DNA of 64,000 nt from assembly GCA_964016885.1 (NCBI GenBank), contig OZ024748.1:52080001-52144000 (forward strand). The letters are read 5' to 3'. Under the pieces are notes generated by a model. It did not search any database and had not been told where the DNA came from. It saw only the letters and a list, made by a program, of their open reading frames with translations. Each line of letters starts with the position of its first letter. The stretch's first letter is position 1. Both the position numbers and the translations under genes were made by a program. Of this stretch, positions 41,133 through 55,795 are shown one piece after another. This DNA comes from Eledone cirrhosa. Lineage: Eukaryota.

Positions 41133-41854
41133 GACTGGTACCATATTTCATCAAACCCAAAGGATGAAAAGCAAAGTTGACCTCAGCAGGATTTGAATTC
41201 AAAGTGTAGAGATTTATACCTAAATGTCTCAAAACATTTTATCTAATACTTTAACATTTCTGCCAATCCAGTATAAAGTCAATTTTTTGATAAGTGTGGA
41301 AAAGACCCACATGACTAATACTATATATATATTCCTCTACCCATAATTTAAGGTCCTTCTACTACTATATTACTACCTTGACCCTCACTATCTCTCTATT
41401 GGTCAATTCAAAACCTGTTCCCAAACAGACCTATTGTATTGAATCTTTGTTTTTTCAATAAACAAATATCATTATTTCTGAAGACAGCATATATATGTGT
41501 AGGTATGTATATTCCCTCTGATAGTTTGTATAAATATTGTACATAGATCTATAGAATATGCATACCAACTCTAACACATATATATCCTAGAAAAGATCGT
41601 AAAATGATGAATTTTTTTTAATATAAGGAACTGTTTCTTTGTTTATTCATTATTTTATTAATTTATCTTGACTCTGTTTTCCGTTTATTTTTCACCGAAA
41701 GTAGTTTTTGAATGCATCTTCTCTTTTCATGATATCCGGATTACATTGAGTTCTTCATACGGATTGGACACTACCGTAAACTTCTGGTAGATTTATCTCT
41801 CTCTCTCTCTATATATATATATATAGTAATACAACGGGAGAAAACATAATAACA

Positions 41855-41897
41855 TCACTGATGATGTCACAGTTGTGTGACGAAAAAAGAACTCTGA
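41855..41897 (+). ncRNA. Hammerhead-like motif (family 2), stem III disrupted by an A-run
   Basis: TCA-CTGATGA-T-GTCAC AGTTGT GTGAC-GAAA(AAA)GAAC-TC-TGA. Stem II differs in sequence from 3092 but still pairs. Confidence 0.5.
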
Positions 41898-42262
41898 GAA
41901 ACTATATTTATATCTATATTTTTAACTCTTCGTCCATCAATGATAGACATTGATTACAAGCTGAATAAATCATATAAATATAAAACATACTGAAGCGAAA
42001 ACCAACCCAAACTAAACAGTGAGTGTATTTTACATATATGTGAGTGTGTGTGTGATGAACAATGAAAACAAAAGGCAAAGACTAGTGCCTAATCAGTTCA
42101 TTGATATATATATATATATATATAATAATAATAATATTATTTATAGTTGTATACACTATATATAACTATAAACAGGAAAGGTCAGTAATTTATTACTACC
42201 TTATTACCAGTAAGAAAAATAGCTCTATGTAAATACATCAGATGTTTTACAGAGCAGGAATA

Positions 42263-42452
42263 TAAATTACACAATAATCAAAGCTATGTTCAAATCGTTT
42301 TATTGCTGACAATCGTTTCTTCCAAACTTTCGCTTGGAATCATCTGAGGTCCAAACTTTGCTAGTGCTCCGAGGATTCCAAACGAAAGTTTGGAAGAAAC
42401 GATTGACAGCAATAAAATGATTTGAATATAGTTTTGATTATTGTGTAATTTA
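42263..42452. repeat. Fold-back inverted duplication of a family 3 hammerhead unit
   Basis: Arms of about 80 bp; the + arm holds TGCT-CCGAGGA-TTCCAAAC GAAA GTTTGGAA-GAAA-CGATTG-AC-AGCA (42365-42411, two core mutations); the - arm core is broken at the junction. Confidence 0.88.
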
Positions 42453-42724
42453 ATTTATATATATATATATATTTATTTGTGTTAGAGCTCTAAAATAGTG
42501 ATGTACATATTGTATATTTAATAATTATTTCTACTTTAGGCACAAGGCCAGCAATTATCCAGTGCATTACTGGTACTTTATTTTATCGACCCCATAAGGA
42601 TGAAAGGCAAAGTCAACCTCGGCGGGATTTGAACTCAGATTGTAAAGGGACGTAACTATGCTGGAAAGCATGTCGTCCGATACTGCCAATCCACCGCCAT
42701 ATTGTATATTTAATAATATACAAT

Positions 42725-42985
42725 GTGTAGGTGTCACAAGAAAAAACACACAGTCCACGCTGTAATGTGGCCATCTAGGTAACACGGTAAAAAGTTCCCA
42801 GTTCCACACTGTAAATGTGGTTGGTGTTAGGAAGGGCATCCAACCGTAGAAAACCTGCCAGATAGTCCTATATGAGCGAGACACGGTCACCCGACCAACC
42901 TTGCCTCAAGTGGGACAACTCCCGTCTAACCCATGCTAGCGTGGAAAATGGACGTTAAACGAAGATGATGATGATGATGATGAGG
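42725..42985 (+). mobile_element. RTE family A-type 3' UTR fragment; similar fragments at 4405-4560 (-) and 43270-43507 (+)
   Basis: GGTTGGTGTTAGGAAGGGCATCC...CCATGCTAGCGTGGAAAATGGACGTTAAAC followed by (GAT)n. Confidence 0.85.
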
Positions 42986-43208
42986 ATGTTCATTTAAAAA
43001 CATTTTGAAGGCCTATCGCTATGAATTTAAAGTAACAATTATACATCACTATTTCATATATGTATATATATGTATATATATATATATATAGGTGTATATA
43101 TGATATATATATATGTATATATATATGTATATATATATGATTATCATGACATATATATATATGTTTACATGTGTCCCACCTTTGCAAGCAGGGAAAAACA
43201 GACGTAAA

Positions 43209-43240
<32 letters not shown>

Positions 43241-43627
43241 AATGTGTATATATATATATGTATATTATGTTGGTACCATAAAAACATCCAGCCCATACTG
43301 TAAAGTGGTTGTGTAAAAGACGCAGCAAAAAGCACCCAGTCCACACTATAAATGTGGTTGGCATTAGGAAGGGCATCCAGCCGTAGAAAACCAGCCAGAA
43401 ACAGCCTAATATTAGCAAAAACACAGTCACACGACCCGACTTGCCTCTAAATGTGACAAACCCGTCTAGCCCATGCTAGCGTGGAAGTTAAACCATGATG
43501 ATGATGATATATATTTGTGGCTAAGAACTTTTCAGCCACATAGTTTTTGTTTCCTTCCACTGCATGGAACCTTGGGCAAGTTTCTTCTACTGATGACACA
43601 GATTGACCAATGTGTTTGTGTGTGGTG

Positions 43628-44807
43628 AGAAGAAGAAGAAGAAGAAGAAGAAGAAGAAGAAGAAGAAGAAGAAGAAGAAGAAGAAGAAGAAGAAGAAGGA
43701 AAAGAAGAAGGAAAAGAAGAAGAAGAAGAAGGAAAAGAAGAAGAAGAAGAAGAAGGAAAAGAATAAGGAAAAGAAAAAGAAGGAAAAGAAGAAAGTAAAC
43801 AAAAAGAAGAAGAAGGAAAAGAAGAAGGAAAAGAAGAAGGTAAAGAAGAAGGTAAAGAAGAAGGAAAAGAAGAAGAAGAGGAAGAAAGATATAAAAGATA
43901 GAAGCATGTTGCTTTTATAGTTTCTATAATATTTGTATGTCAATTATTTCATTGTCTCTGATCTACATTATCTTGTAATTGATGTTGTTGTTGCTATTGT
44001 CGGCTCATTAACAACCCCACCACCACAACCACTACCACCACCTCTACACCCTACCACCACCACCACTAAGCCCTACCACCACCACCTTCATCACAACCCA
44101 ACAACCCACCCACCACCACAACCATTACCACCACCTCTACCCCCTACAACCACCACCACCACCACTAAGCCCTACCGCCAACACTTCTACAACACCCCAC
44201 AACCACCACCACCACCACCACCACCACCACAACACTACTACTACCACCACCACCACAACCACCTCCATCACAACCCTACTACCACCACCACCACAACCAC
44301 CTCCATCACAACCCTACTACCACCACCACCACCACAACCACCTCCATCACAACCCTACTACCACCACCACCACCACAACCACCTCCATCACAACCCTACT
44401 ACCACCACCACCACCACCACCACAACCACCTCCATCACAACCCTACTACCACCACCACCTCCATCACAACCCTACCACCACCACCACCACTACCACCTCC
44501 ATCACAACCCTACCACCACCACCACCACCATATACACACAATCTATTGTGTTTAATTGTTTTCTAATTAACAAGATATTGCCACTATTGTTCTTCTCCCT
44601 TCTGGCACCACAACTTCTGTTTTTCTTTTCTCTCTCCAGCTCCCCTCCCCCCTCTATCTCTCCCCCTCTCTATATCGCCCTCTCTATATCGCCCTCTCTC
44701 TCACACACCAACTCTCTTTCTCTCTTATTTTCTATTTCGTTTTTTGCTTTCTTACAGAATTGTTACATGCGTATGGCTGTGCATGTGTGTATATATGTGT
44801 GTGTGTG

Positions 44808-44841
<34 letters not shown>

Positions 44842-45168
44842 AGTCTCTATGCATGAGTGTGTGTTTCTAGTTTTTTTGTTTTGTTTTTGTCTTACTTTGA
44901 CAGTTTAGAAATATTTTACTTTTGTTTGTAAAATTTTCATTATTTCTTGTTTCAAAAGTTGCTTTTGTTATTGCTATTGTTGTTTAGTTTGAAGTGATAT
45001 GTATGCATATATATATATACACACATATATATATATATACACACACACACATATATATATATATACACACATATATATATATATATATACACACATATAT
45101 ATATATATATATATACACACATGCAAATACATGCACATACATGTATGCATGTGTGTGCATGTATTTGC

Positions 45169-45252
<84 letters not shown>

Positions 45253-48200
45253 GCAAATACATGCACACACATGCATACATGTATGTGCATGTATGTATGA
45301 GTGTGTGTGTATGTTTATTATCTTTTATCACTTTCTGTAATTAAAAGTAATTGAATGATATGATATAGAACCGACTACTACTACTACTACTACTACTACT
45401 GCTACTACTACTACTACTACTACTACTGCTACTACTGTGAACACTTCTGTAATTATAACAAACAATTATACAACATGAAGAAGTGATGATAATGATGGTG
45501 GTGGTGGTAATGATGGTGGTGATGATGGTGGTGATGATGGTGGTGATGATGGTGGTAATGATGGTGGTAATGATGGTAGTGATGATGGTGGTGATGATGG
45601 TGGTGATGATGGTGGTGATGATTTCTAATTGCAAACTGTAGGTTCAACATATAGTTATACAATGAATTTATAGTAGTTGTGAAGTTGTGGCATTGATGCA
45701 TCTCTCATAAGCAAAATAAGGGCAATTATAATGATTTCTGGCTTATAGATTGATAACGGTGTCACCAGCACCACTAACACCAATACAACCACCACCACCA
45801 ACACTACCACCAACACCATTAACACCACCAACACTACCACCAACAACACAACCACTACCACCAACACTACCACCAACAACAGTACCACCACCATTACTAA
45901 CATGACCAACATCATCTTTGCCTCTACCACTACCACCACCACCACCACAACCACCGCTAACACCACCACTACCACCAACACCACCACCAATATTACCACT
46001 ACCACCACCACCACAACCAATACCACATCTACCTTTACCATCACTACCAATATCACTACAACCACCACCACCACCACTATTACCACCACCACCACCACCA
46101 CCACCACCACCAATACCACCTCTACCACTACCACCACCACCACCACCACCAATACCACCTCTACCATTACCACTACCACCACCACCACCAATACCACCTC
46201 TACTATTACCACTACCACCACCACCACCAATACCACCTCTACTATTACCCCTACCACCACCGCCACCAACACCACCTCTACTATTACCCCTACCACCACC
46301 ACCACCAATACCACCTCTACCATTACCACCACCACCACCACCACCAATACCACCGCTACTATTACCCCTACCACCACCACCACCACCAATACCACCTCTA
46401 CTGTTACCCCTACCACCACCACCACCAACACCACCTCTACTATTACCCCTACCACCACCACCACCACCAATACCACCTCTACCATCACCACCATCACCAC
46501 CACCACCACCACTACTATTACCCCTACCACCACCACCACCACCACCACCACCACCAACACCACCTCTACCATTACCATCACCACCACCACCACCACTACC
46601 ACTCCCAACAACAACAACATCATCAATTGCTATGTATTGATAGCAATAATAACAATCAAACATAATTAAAGTGATAATGATATTTTTATTAGCCAGAGGG
46701 GTGAAAAGAAGTAGAAACATTTAACGACACTAGTGAAAACACAAAGTAAAGATATCAACAGTATTTAAGGATGTGAACAGACAACGTAAGGCTGTAGAAA
46801 AAATAATCATCAAAGTAATTGTAATGATAATTATCATCTATTTGTTAATTATTATCATTTGTCTTCTGGTTGTTGTTGTTGTTTTTGTTGATGGTTGTGG
46901 TGGTGGTGGTGGTGGTGGTTGTTGTTGTGGTAGTGGTGGTGGTGGTGGTGGTGGTAGTGGTGTAGGTGGTAGTGGTGGTGGTGGTGGTTGTTATGGTGGT
47001 AGTGGTGGTGGTGGTGGTGGTGGTGGTGGTAGTGGTGGTGGTGGTAGTGGTGGTTGTTGTGGTAGTGGTGTCGGTGGTAGTGGTGGTGGTTGTGGTGGTG
47101 GTGGTGGTGGTGGTGGTGGTGGTTGGGTGGTAGTGGTAGTGGTGGTGGTGGTGGTGGTTGTTGTGGTAGTGGTGTCGGTGGTAGTGGTGGTGGTGGTGGT
47201 TGTAGTGGTGGTTGTGGTGTAGTGGTGGTGGTGGTGGTGGTGGTGGTAGTGGTAGTGGTGGTGGTAGTGGTGGTGTTGGTGGTGGTGGTAGTGGTAGTGT
47301 TGGTGGTAGTGTTGGCGGTGGTGGTGGTGGTGGTGGTGGTAGTGGTAGTGTTGGTGGTGGTGGTAGTGGCATTGTGTTGTTAGTTTTGTTGTTTGTATTA
47401 TTATTATTATTATTATTATGTGCATTTTTACTCAATCTTATTGCAACCACCTCTCTCCACCGCTGCCCCCATCTATTGTATTGTCCCCTACATTTCGGCC
47501 CTTGTGCCCAATAAATGAAACCATTTGCCTTTCATCCTTACGGGGTCAATAACATAAAGTACCAGTAATGCACTGGTTAATTGCTGTCCTTGTGCCTAAA
47601 GTAGAAACAATTATTATCGTTATTATTATTAAAATTATTATTATTATTTTGGTAGTACCAGTAGAAGGTCAGAGCCATGCTTTGAAGCATAGAGTTACGG
47701 CCCTTTATGATCTGAGCTCAAATCCCGCTGAGGTTAACTTTGCCTTTCATCCTTACAGGGTCGATAAAATAAAGTACCAGTAATGTACTGGGTTTTTGCT
47801 GGCCTTGTGCCTAAAGTAGAAACAATTATTATTATTATTAATAAGGGTTTCATTTATTGGCCCTTGTGGCCAACAAATGAAACTATTGTTATCATCAACA
47901 ACAGCAGCAACAACAACAACAACAACAACAGCAGCAGCAACACCGTCAGCAGTGCAATATCAAACAACAACAAAACAGCAACAACTTAATTAATAGACCC
48001 AGTAAATCAATGGCGGCAGTGTCATTAGCAATTGTATTAAATTGCTAAAAAGGAGGCAGAACAACAATAGAAACAACAAAAACAAATCAAACGACGTCCC
48101 CTCCACCCATATAACCCATCCCCTCTCCAGCCCCATCAAATACACAGACAGACAGGAAGAAAAAATATATAAATTAACACAACTATCCAATAAAACAGCA

Positions 48201-48448
48201 AAGAAAATAATAAAAAAATATAAAAGATGAAACTAAGAAACAAAAGATGACATGGAAAATTGTAGAATATAAAGAAAACCAGAAGTAGAGAGAGAGGGGG
48301 AGAGTGAGGGAGAGTGAGAGAGTGAGGGGGAGTGTGAGGTATCATTATCATTAACAAGGAAACTTAATTGATATAAAAGATGTATGCATACATATGTATG
48401 TATGCATATATATATATATATTTATATATTACATGCATGTTTATACGT

Positions 48449-48487
<39 letters not shown>

Positions 48488-48515
48488 GCATATTATATGT
48501 ATGTATACATGTATG

Positions 48516-48551
<36 letters not shown>

Positions 48552-48577
48552 ATGTATATTATATGCATGTATATATG

Positions 48578-48631
<54 letters not shown>

Positions 48632-48765
48632 TATACATATATATATATATATATACATATATATACATAAATATATATATATATATATGTATATATACTC
48701 ATTTTATAATTGCTAATTGCATCGTTGTTCTTAAGTGTTGTTCTAAAAGAAAAAAGTAAAACGTT

Positions 48766-48855
<90 letters not shown>

Positions 48856-51400
48856 CATCTTGTTAGTTCTTCTAGAGAATCTTGTTATTATGGTAAATGT
48901 TGGAATTGTGGCACCTCACAACCTCCCTAGTACACCACCACACAACCACATCACCACACCTCACAGCCTCACCACCACACCACCAAACCACCACACCTCA
49001 CAGCCTCACCACCACACCACCACACCCTCACCACCACACCACCACATCACCACCACACCCTCCCTATCACACCTCACAGCCTCACCACCACACCACCACA
49101 CCACCACACCTCACAGCCTCACCACCACACCACCACACCACCACATCACCACACCTCACAGCCTCACCACCACACCACCACATCACCACACCTCACAGCC
49201 TCACCACCACACCACCACATCACCACACCTCACAGCCTCACCACCACACCCTCCCTATCACACCACCACACCTCACAAGATCCCTATCACACCAACACAC
49301 CTCTACACCACATCACCACACCACACAACCTCCCTATCACACCACCACTACATCACCAGACCTCACAACCTCCACATCATACCAACACATCACTAAACCT
49401 CACAACCGCCACCACACCACACCACCACACAACCTCTGTATCACACCAACACAGCACCACACCACACAACCTCCCTATCACACCAACACACCACTAGACC
49501 TCGCAACGTCCTCACCACACAACCACACCTTCCTCCACACCTCACAACATCGTCACCTCACCACCACACCATCCTCACCACACCTCACCACACCACACCA
49601 CCACACCACCACACCTCACCACACCATCATACCACACCACCACACCGTCCTCACCACACCACTACACCACACTACCGCTCCACCACACCACACCACCATA
49701 ACATCCTAACCACACCACCACTCCACCACACTATCATACAGTCTTACCACTTTCATTAACATTGCACCACCTTCATTAAATCTAATATCGGAAATAATAA
49801 TTAAACTCACACACGCATAAACACACAGACACACAAACGTATACAAACAAACACATACATACACAAACAAACACACATATACATACACAAACAAACAAAC
49901 ACACATACATTCACAAACAAACACACATACATGCATACACAAACAAATAAACATACACACATACATACACAAACAAACACACATACACAAACAAATAAAC
50001 ACACATAGATACACAAACTCACACATACATACACAAAGAAACCCACATACATACGTGTATATAGGAACATATCAATGTTAGGTTAACCACAGGTAAAACA
50101 CCAATAAATAAATAAATAAATAATTAAATAATTATATAATTAAATAGATAAAAAATAAATAGCTATTATATAATTTAAAAAAATTAAATAATTAGATAAA
50201 TAATTAAAAGTAAATAATTAAAAACAATAAAGAGAAATGGTGGCGCCCCCAGGATTAGAAAAAGAAAAATCTGATTTGAACTTAATAGTGGAGAGTTCCT
50301 AAGGGGACTTCACTTGTAATATATTTATTGTGATGTTGTTATTGTTGTTGTTGTTGGTGGTGGTGGTGGTGGCGTCTTGTCTTTCTTATTTACTCACTGT
50401 TTTCTTCTCTTTTCTTTTTCTTCTTTATTGTTTTATATATATTGTGGCTGTTACTGTTGTTGTTACTGTTGTTGTTGTTACAGTTGTTGTTGTTACCGTT
50501 CTTGTTGCTGTTACTGTTGTTGTTGTTGTCTTCTCTTTTTTATTTACTCCCAGTTTTCATCTCTTTTTCTTCTTCTTTATTGTTTTATATATAATGTATA
50601 TGTTGTTAGTGTTGTTGTTGTTATTGTCATCTTGTCTTATTTACTCACTGTTTTCTTCTATTTTTTTTTCTTCTTTATTGTTTTGTCTATATTGTTGCTG
50701 TTGTTGTTGTTTGCAGAGATTAAATTTAGGACATGTCTTCAAATAGTGAAGGTTTAACATAAAAAAACATGGATACAAGATGGTGGTGGTGGTGGTGGTG
50801 GTGGTGGTGGTAGTGGTAGTGGCGGTGATACTGGTGGTGGTGGTGGTGATACTGGTGGTGCTGGTGGTGGTGGTGATAGTGGTAGTGGTAGTGGTAGTTG
50901 TGGTTATGGTGAAAGTGAGGGTGTTGTTGGTGTTGGGTGGTGGTGATGGTGGTGGAAGTGAAGGTGGGGTTGTTGGTGGTGGAAGTGATGGTGGTGGTGT
51001 TGGTGATGGTGATGATGGTATCGGAGGTGGCAGTGATCATAGTGGTGGTGGTGGTGGTGGTGGTGGTGGTGGTGGTGGTGGTGGTGGTGATGATAATGGC
51101 ATTGGTGGTGGCAGTGATTATGGTGATGGTGGTTAAGGTGGTGGTGGTGGTTAAGGTGGTGGTGGTGGTTAAGGTGATGATGATGGCATTGGAGGTGGCA
51201 GTGATCATGGTGGTCGTTAAGGTGATGGTGGTGATGATGATGGCATTGGTGGTGGCAGTGATCATGGTGATGGTGGTGGTCATTAAGGTGATGGTGATGA
51301 TGATGGCATTGGTTGTGGCAGTGATCATGGTGAAGGTGGTGGTCGTTAAGGTGATGGTGGTGGTTAAGGTGATGATAAGAGTGGTTTATGGCAGTGATGA
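43628..51400. repeat. Region dominated by simple repeats: (GAA)n, (CAC)n, (GGT)n, (TA)n, (CACCA)n, (TTG)n
   Basis: Blocks at 43628-43888, 44010-44530, 45765-46620, 46890-47370, 48915-49730 and 50780-51400. Confidence 0.92.
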
Positions 51401-51894
51401 TTTTGGTGATAGTTGTGGTCTTCTGTAGTATGAGATATCACTAGTTGACTAGGTTTTGTTGACAATTATTGGTATTCTGTTTCTGTTCCAATAAAAAAAT
51501 GTCAGCACAAATCAGATATTTGGCAATTCACAGATCTTGCCTGAAACACACAGAATGTTCTTTCTTATTCTATTCTAAAATTGTATAAGATACATAAGTA
51601 CTGGATTGACACAACTGAATTGTATTCTAGACATCACACAAAGAAACTAAATTCAAATTCAAACAATGAAAAAAGGTGCCGCTATAGTATTCTGAAAGAC
51701 TAAAAGCCAATACTATAATGAATAAAGAGAAGTCATCAAAAAGAAGCCATAAATAAAGTACCAGTAATGCACTGGATCTATTTAACAGACTTTCCCCTTC
51801 TCCAAAGTTGTTGGATTTGGGCCTAAATCAGAAACCATTATGAGCAAAGAGATGTGAAGGATAATTTGTTTGTGAAATTTTTGTTGTCAGTGTT

Positions 51895-53865
51895 TAGTTC
51901 AGGTCAGGACATGGGATCAAATGAAAACTGTTGAGATCAAGTGTGAATAGCTAGGATAAATTAAATGAAGCAGGAATATAGTAAAAGGATATGGGATCAG
52001 TTGAAAGAGTTAGTAGAAACTGAAAGGAGCTGGGATCATTTAAAAGGAGCAAAGTGTAAATAAAAAGAACTGAGATTATATGATATGAGGTTAACTTTGC
52101 CTTTCATCCTTACACGGTCGATAAAATAAAGTACCAGTAATACACTGGGATAATTGCTGGCCTTGTGCCAAAAGTAGAAACAATTATATAAGTGATGGCA
52201 TGAAATATAATTATCCAAATCAACTAGAAGGAACCAAAATCAAATGTGAATGACCGGGATCAAGAGATGTATTGAAATAAGTTGGGTTCAAAGGAAAGAA
52301 TCTGATGTCTAAAATTAGCAAAGATCAAATAAAAAGAGGATAGTGTCTATGAGATGAGTTAGAATCCAATAAAGGGAGCTGGAATTAAATAAGATATGCA
52401 TGGCTCAAATGAAAGTAGATGGCATCATATGACAAAAGGTAGGATTAATTCAATAAGATGGGAAACAAATGATTAGAGTTGGGCTCAAAACGATATAGGA
52501 TAAATTACAAGGAGCAGGAGGTCAAAAGGGAACAAATAATAGGGTTTTTAAAAAATGAGGGTTTTGGATACAGAAATGAAGCAGGGATCAAGTTAAAGGA
52601 TCTGTAATGAAATGAAAGAGCTATGAACAAAAGCAAGGTAGGTTCAAAGGAATGGAGTTGAGATGAGGTCAAATAAGTTGAACTGGGTTCAAATTAAAAC
52701 ATGCGAGGTGAGTGAGAGGATTTAGGATCTAATAAAGGGAACTGGGTTCAAATAAAAGGAGCAGAAACAAAATCAGAAACAAATAAAAGCTGAGATTGAA
52801 TAGAAGGGGCCAGCATGAAATTAAAGTAGGTAAAATCAAGTGAAATTAGCTGGGATCAAATGAAAGAATGAGGCTGAACTCAGTTGGGGAATTTGAAATC
52901 AACTGAGAAGAGTTGAGGTAAAATAAAAAGAGGAAGATCACATATAAGGAACTGGGCTCAAATCAGAGCACTAGAATCAAAAGGTAAAACAAGCTGGATT
53001 CAAATTAAAGGATCTGAGATTAGTATGGGGAGCTGAAATCAAATAAAAGCAGCTACAGTTAAACGACATGAGATGGATTCAAATGAAATGAACTGCGCTC
53101 AAGTGAAAGAAGGTAGGATCAAATTAATGGAAGTGGGATAAAATGAAATAAGATGGGATCAAATGAAAGGAACTTGAATCAAATGAAAAGTGCTAGGATA
53201 AGCCTGGATCAAAAAAGGTAGCTGGGTTCAATTAAGGTGAGCAGGTATGAAATGAAAGAGGTGGCGATATGGTGAAAATATTTGAGATCAAATGAAAGTA
53301 TTTGGGATAAAATGAAGTTAGCTGCGATACAATAAAAGTTGGGATCAAATAAATAATGCTGCATCCAAATCAAAGGATTTGAAATCAAATTAAATCTATT
53401 GGGAAAATTCTTGGGCTCAGTGGTCAAATGAAAGCAGATTGGATCAAATGTAAAAAAGGTGAGCTCAAATTAATGGGTCTGGAAACTAATGAAAGAAGCA
53501 GAGATCAAATGAGAGGAGTTAAAATGAAAATAGAATTAGGTGGGTTAAACTAAAAGGAACTTGGATCAAATGAAAAAGCTGGCATTAAATGGGCCAAAAT
53601 AACAGAAGCTAGGATAAAATGAAAGGGATTGCACAGAATAAAATGTGATGAGTTAACTAAAAGGTATTGTACTGGAATAAAATGAAAAGAAAAGGGATGA
53701 ATTGAAAGCAGCTGAGATCAAGCAAAGGGAAATGGGACCAAAGAGATGAGCTGAAATAAAATAAAGGAAGCTAGAACCAAATGTGATTAGCAGGGTTAAG
53801 ATGAAAGCAGTTGGGATCAAACAAAAGAAGATGCAATCAAATGAAAGAAACTGAAATCAAGGAAC
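51895..53865. repeat. Old, highly diverged tandem array of about 20 bp (consensus near GCTGGGATCAAATGAAAGGA)
   Basis: (GG)ATCAAAT(G)AAA recurs about every 20 bp for 2 kb; strong purine strand bias; interrupted by a SINE fragment at 52088-52186. Confidence 0.8.
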
Positions 53866-54704
53866 AGGTTCAGTTACTTTGGTAACAAAAAGGTGTTTTG
53901 AGAAAGATGTATCTTATTTGATTGAGTAACCACACAGAAGATTCATCATTGGCTTGCTGTGAGTTATCAAAAGAAATTTACCATTCCAGATACATGTACA
54001 ACACTCTGGAGAATTATTACTACAATACTTGGTAGAGGGAGGTGAATACTCCACTCTGATCAGAAATGACCATTTGCTTTGCACATAGAAAGTTCCCTTT
54101 CTGATGCACAAAGACTTTTCTGGGAGACCAGCAGTCACACATGCACACCAGCTTCCCCTCTCCATGCCACTGATATTGTCCAAGGGAAAGGCAAAGACTG
54201 ATACACTTGGCACCAGTGACGTCACAATTTATCTTTCCAGTTCATGAAATAAAATGTCTTATTTAAGGATACATTTGCTCCAGGAATCACCTGATGAGTG
54301 ATTTGTGTAATTTTATTTTATGCCATTGGGAACCATCAAATGCTCAACAGTGAAACATTCTTTTTACCCTAAAGAGTTACTTAATTGCAATGATGACTAT
54401 GTAAACAAGAAGACGTTGTGACATTCATGCCAGGTTCAAACAAATCTTCTTTAGTAACTTAACTAATACATTTTCATGAATGAAATGAAAACAGAGCTGA
54501 TGGCTAAACTTTAGCTTCTGTAGTGATGATCACATTGCTGGAGGAAGGGAGGCATCAGATAGATAAATGGAAAGACAGATAAATAGAGAAATTAGATATA
54601 CAGGCAAGCAAACAGATATAGATAAACAAACCAACAGACAGATGGATAGACAGACAGATGGACAGATAGATAAATAAATAGATAGATAGATAGGTAGATA
54701 GATA

Positions 54705-55738
54705 TATTTCTTTATTTGCCACAAGGTTGCACAAGAAAAGGGGACAAAAGAAGGACACATGCCGGGAATTTTACATACAATCGTATAAAAATATTGAAAC
54801 AAACAAATTTAACAATCAAAATTCCCAATAGGGGGGAGGCGCCAGATAATAGATAGATATGTTTCTTTATTAGCCACAGGGGCACAAAAGAAGGGGACAA
54901 TACAAAGGGGGAAGTTTACATACAATAAAAACGTGTAAAATATTATCACAAATGTAATTTAAAAATTAGTCGATTTTCCCCAATGGGGGAGACATTTCAT
55001 ATGGGTAACACATACCCCCGAAAAAATGTGCAACCCTCATCTCCAGGAGTACGAAGAGTTTGTACTCCTTTCCTCTGCTCCTCCTTTTCCTCAACCTACA
55101 GGCTTATATAGAGAGAAGGCCCATTCACTTGGGCCATTCTCGCCACTTTCACCCACCTTTCATAAAACTTGCTGGGGTGCAGCACCTCTCTCTCCATCCT
55201 GATTCTTCTTCCAAAGTGATATTTGAAAAAAAGAATCAGTTGTTAGCCGGAGAGAAAGGTGTCTGACCTCAGCCCTTTCAACCTTGTCCACCATACAACC
55301 TCTTTCGCCCTAGCTATCACACAAAGAAAAACCGCCTCTCCTTCGTTTTTGAAGGAGGGTGGCGGTTTGATCATGACAATGGACTCGGTGGTCAACCGGA
55401 TTGGTCCCACTCGCGACAATAGTCGTTCTACATAGCCCCACAGGTCGATGACGCCCGGGCAGTGTATGAATGCGTGTGCGACGGTTTCTTCACCTCACAC
55501 GCACCTCGGACAGATCTTTTTTGCAGGGTCCCTGCCCGGGTGCCCATGTCTGTAGATAGGTAGATAGATAGATAGGAAAATAGATAGATAGATTTCTTTA
55601 TTAGCCACAAGGGCGCAACAAGAAAGGGGACAATACAAAGACATGCCGGGGATTTTACATACAGTCGTGTAAAAAATATAAAAACAAACAATTTCAACAA
55701 TCGAAATCCCCAATAGGGGGGAGGCGCCACAAATGGGT
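54705..55738 (-). mobile_element. Three tandem 5'-truncated Tx1/L1-clade LINE 3' ends within (GATA)n
   Basis: Middle copy (54861-55550) encodes KKICPRCV*GEETVAHAFIHCPGVIDLWGYVERLL... (CX2CX8HX4C knuckle of L1/Tx1 ORF2), stop at 55096-98. All three end in GTGGC(T/A)AATAAAGAAA followed by (ATCT)n. Confidence 0.85.
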
Positions 55739-55747
55739 TATTTAATA

Positions 55748-55795
<48 letters not shown>

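Noticed and set aside
50238-50258. CTCF-like motif TGGCGCCCCCAGG
   Set aside because: Only half of the consensus matches; not supportable without chromatin data.
50700-50760. Possible micro-exon after TTTGCAG
   Set aside because: No convincing donor site or recognisable peptide; acceptor-like strings are common in T-rich repeats.
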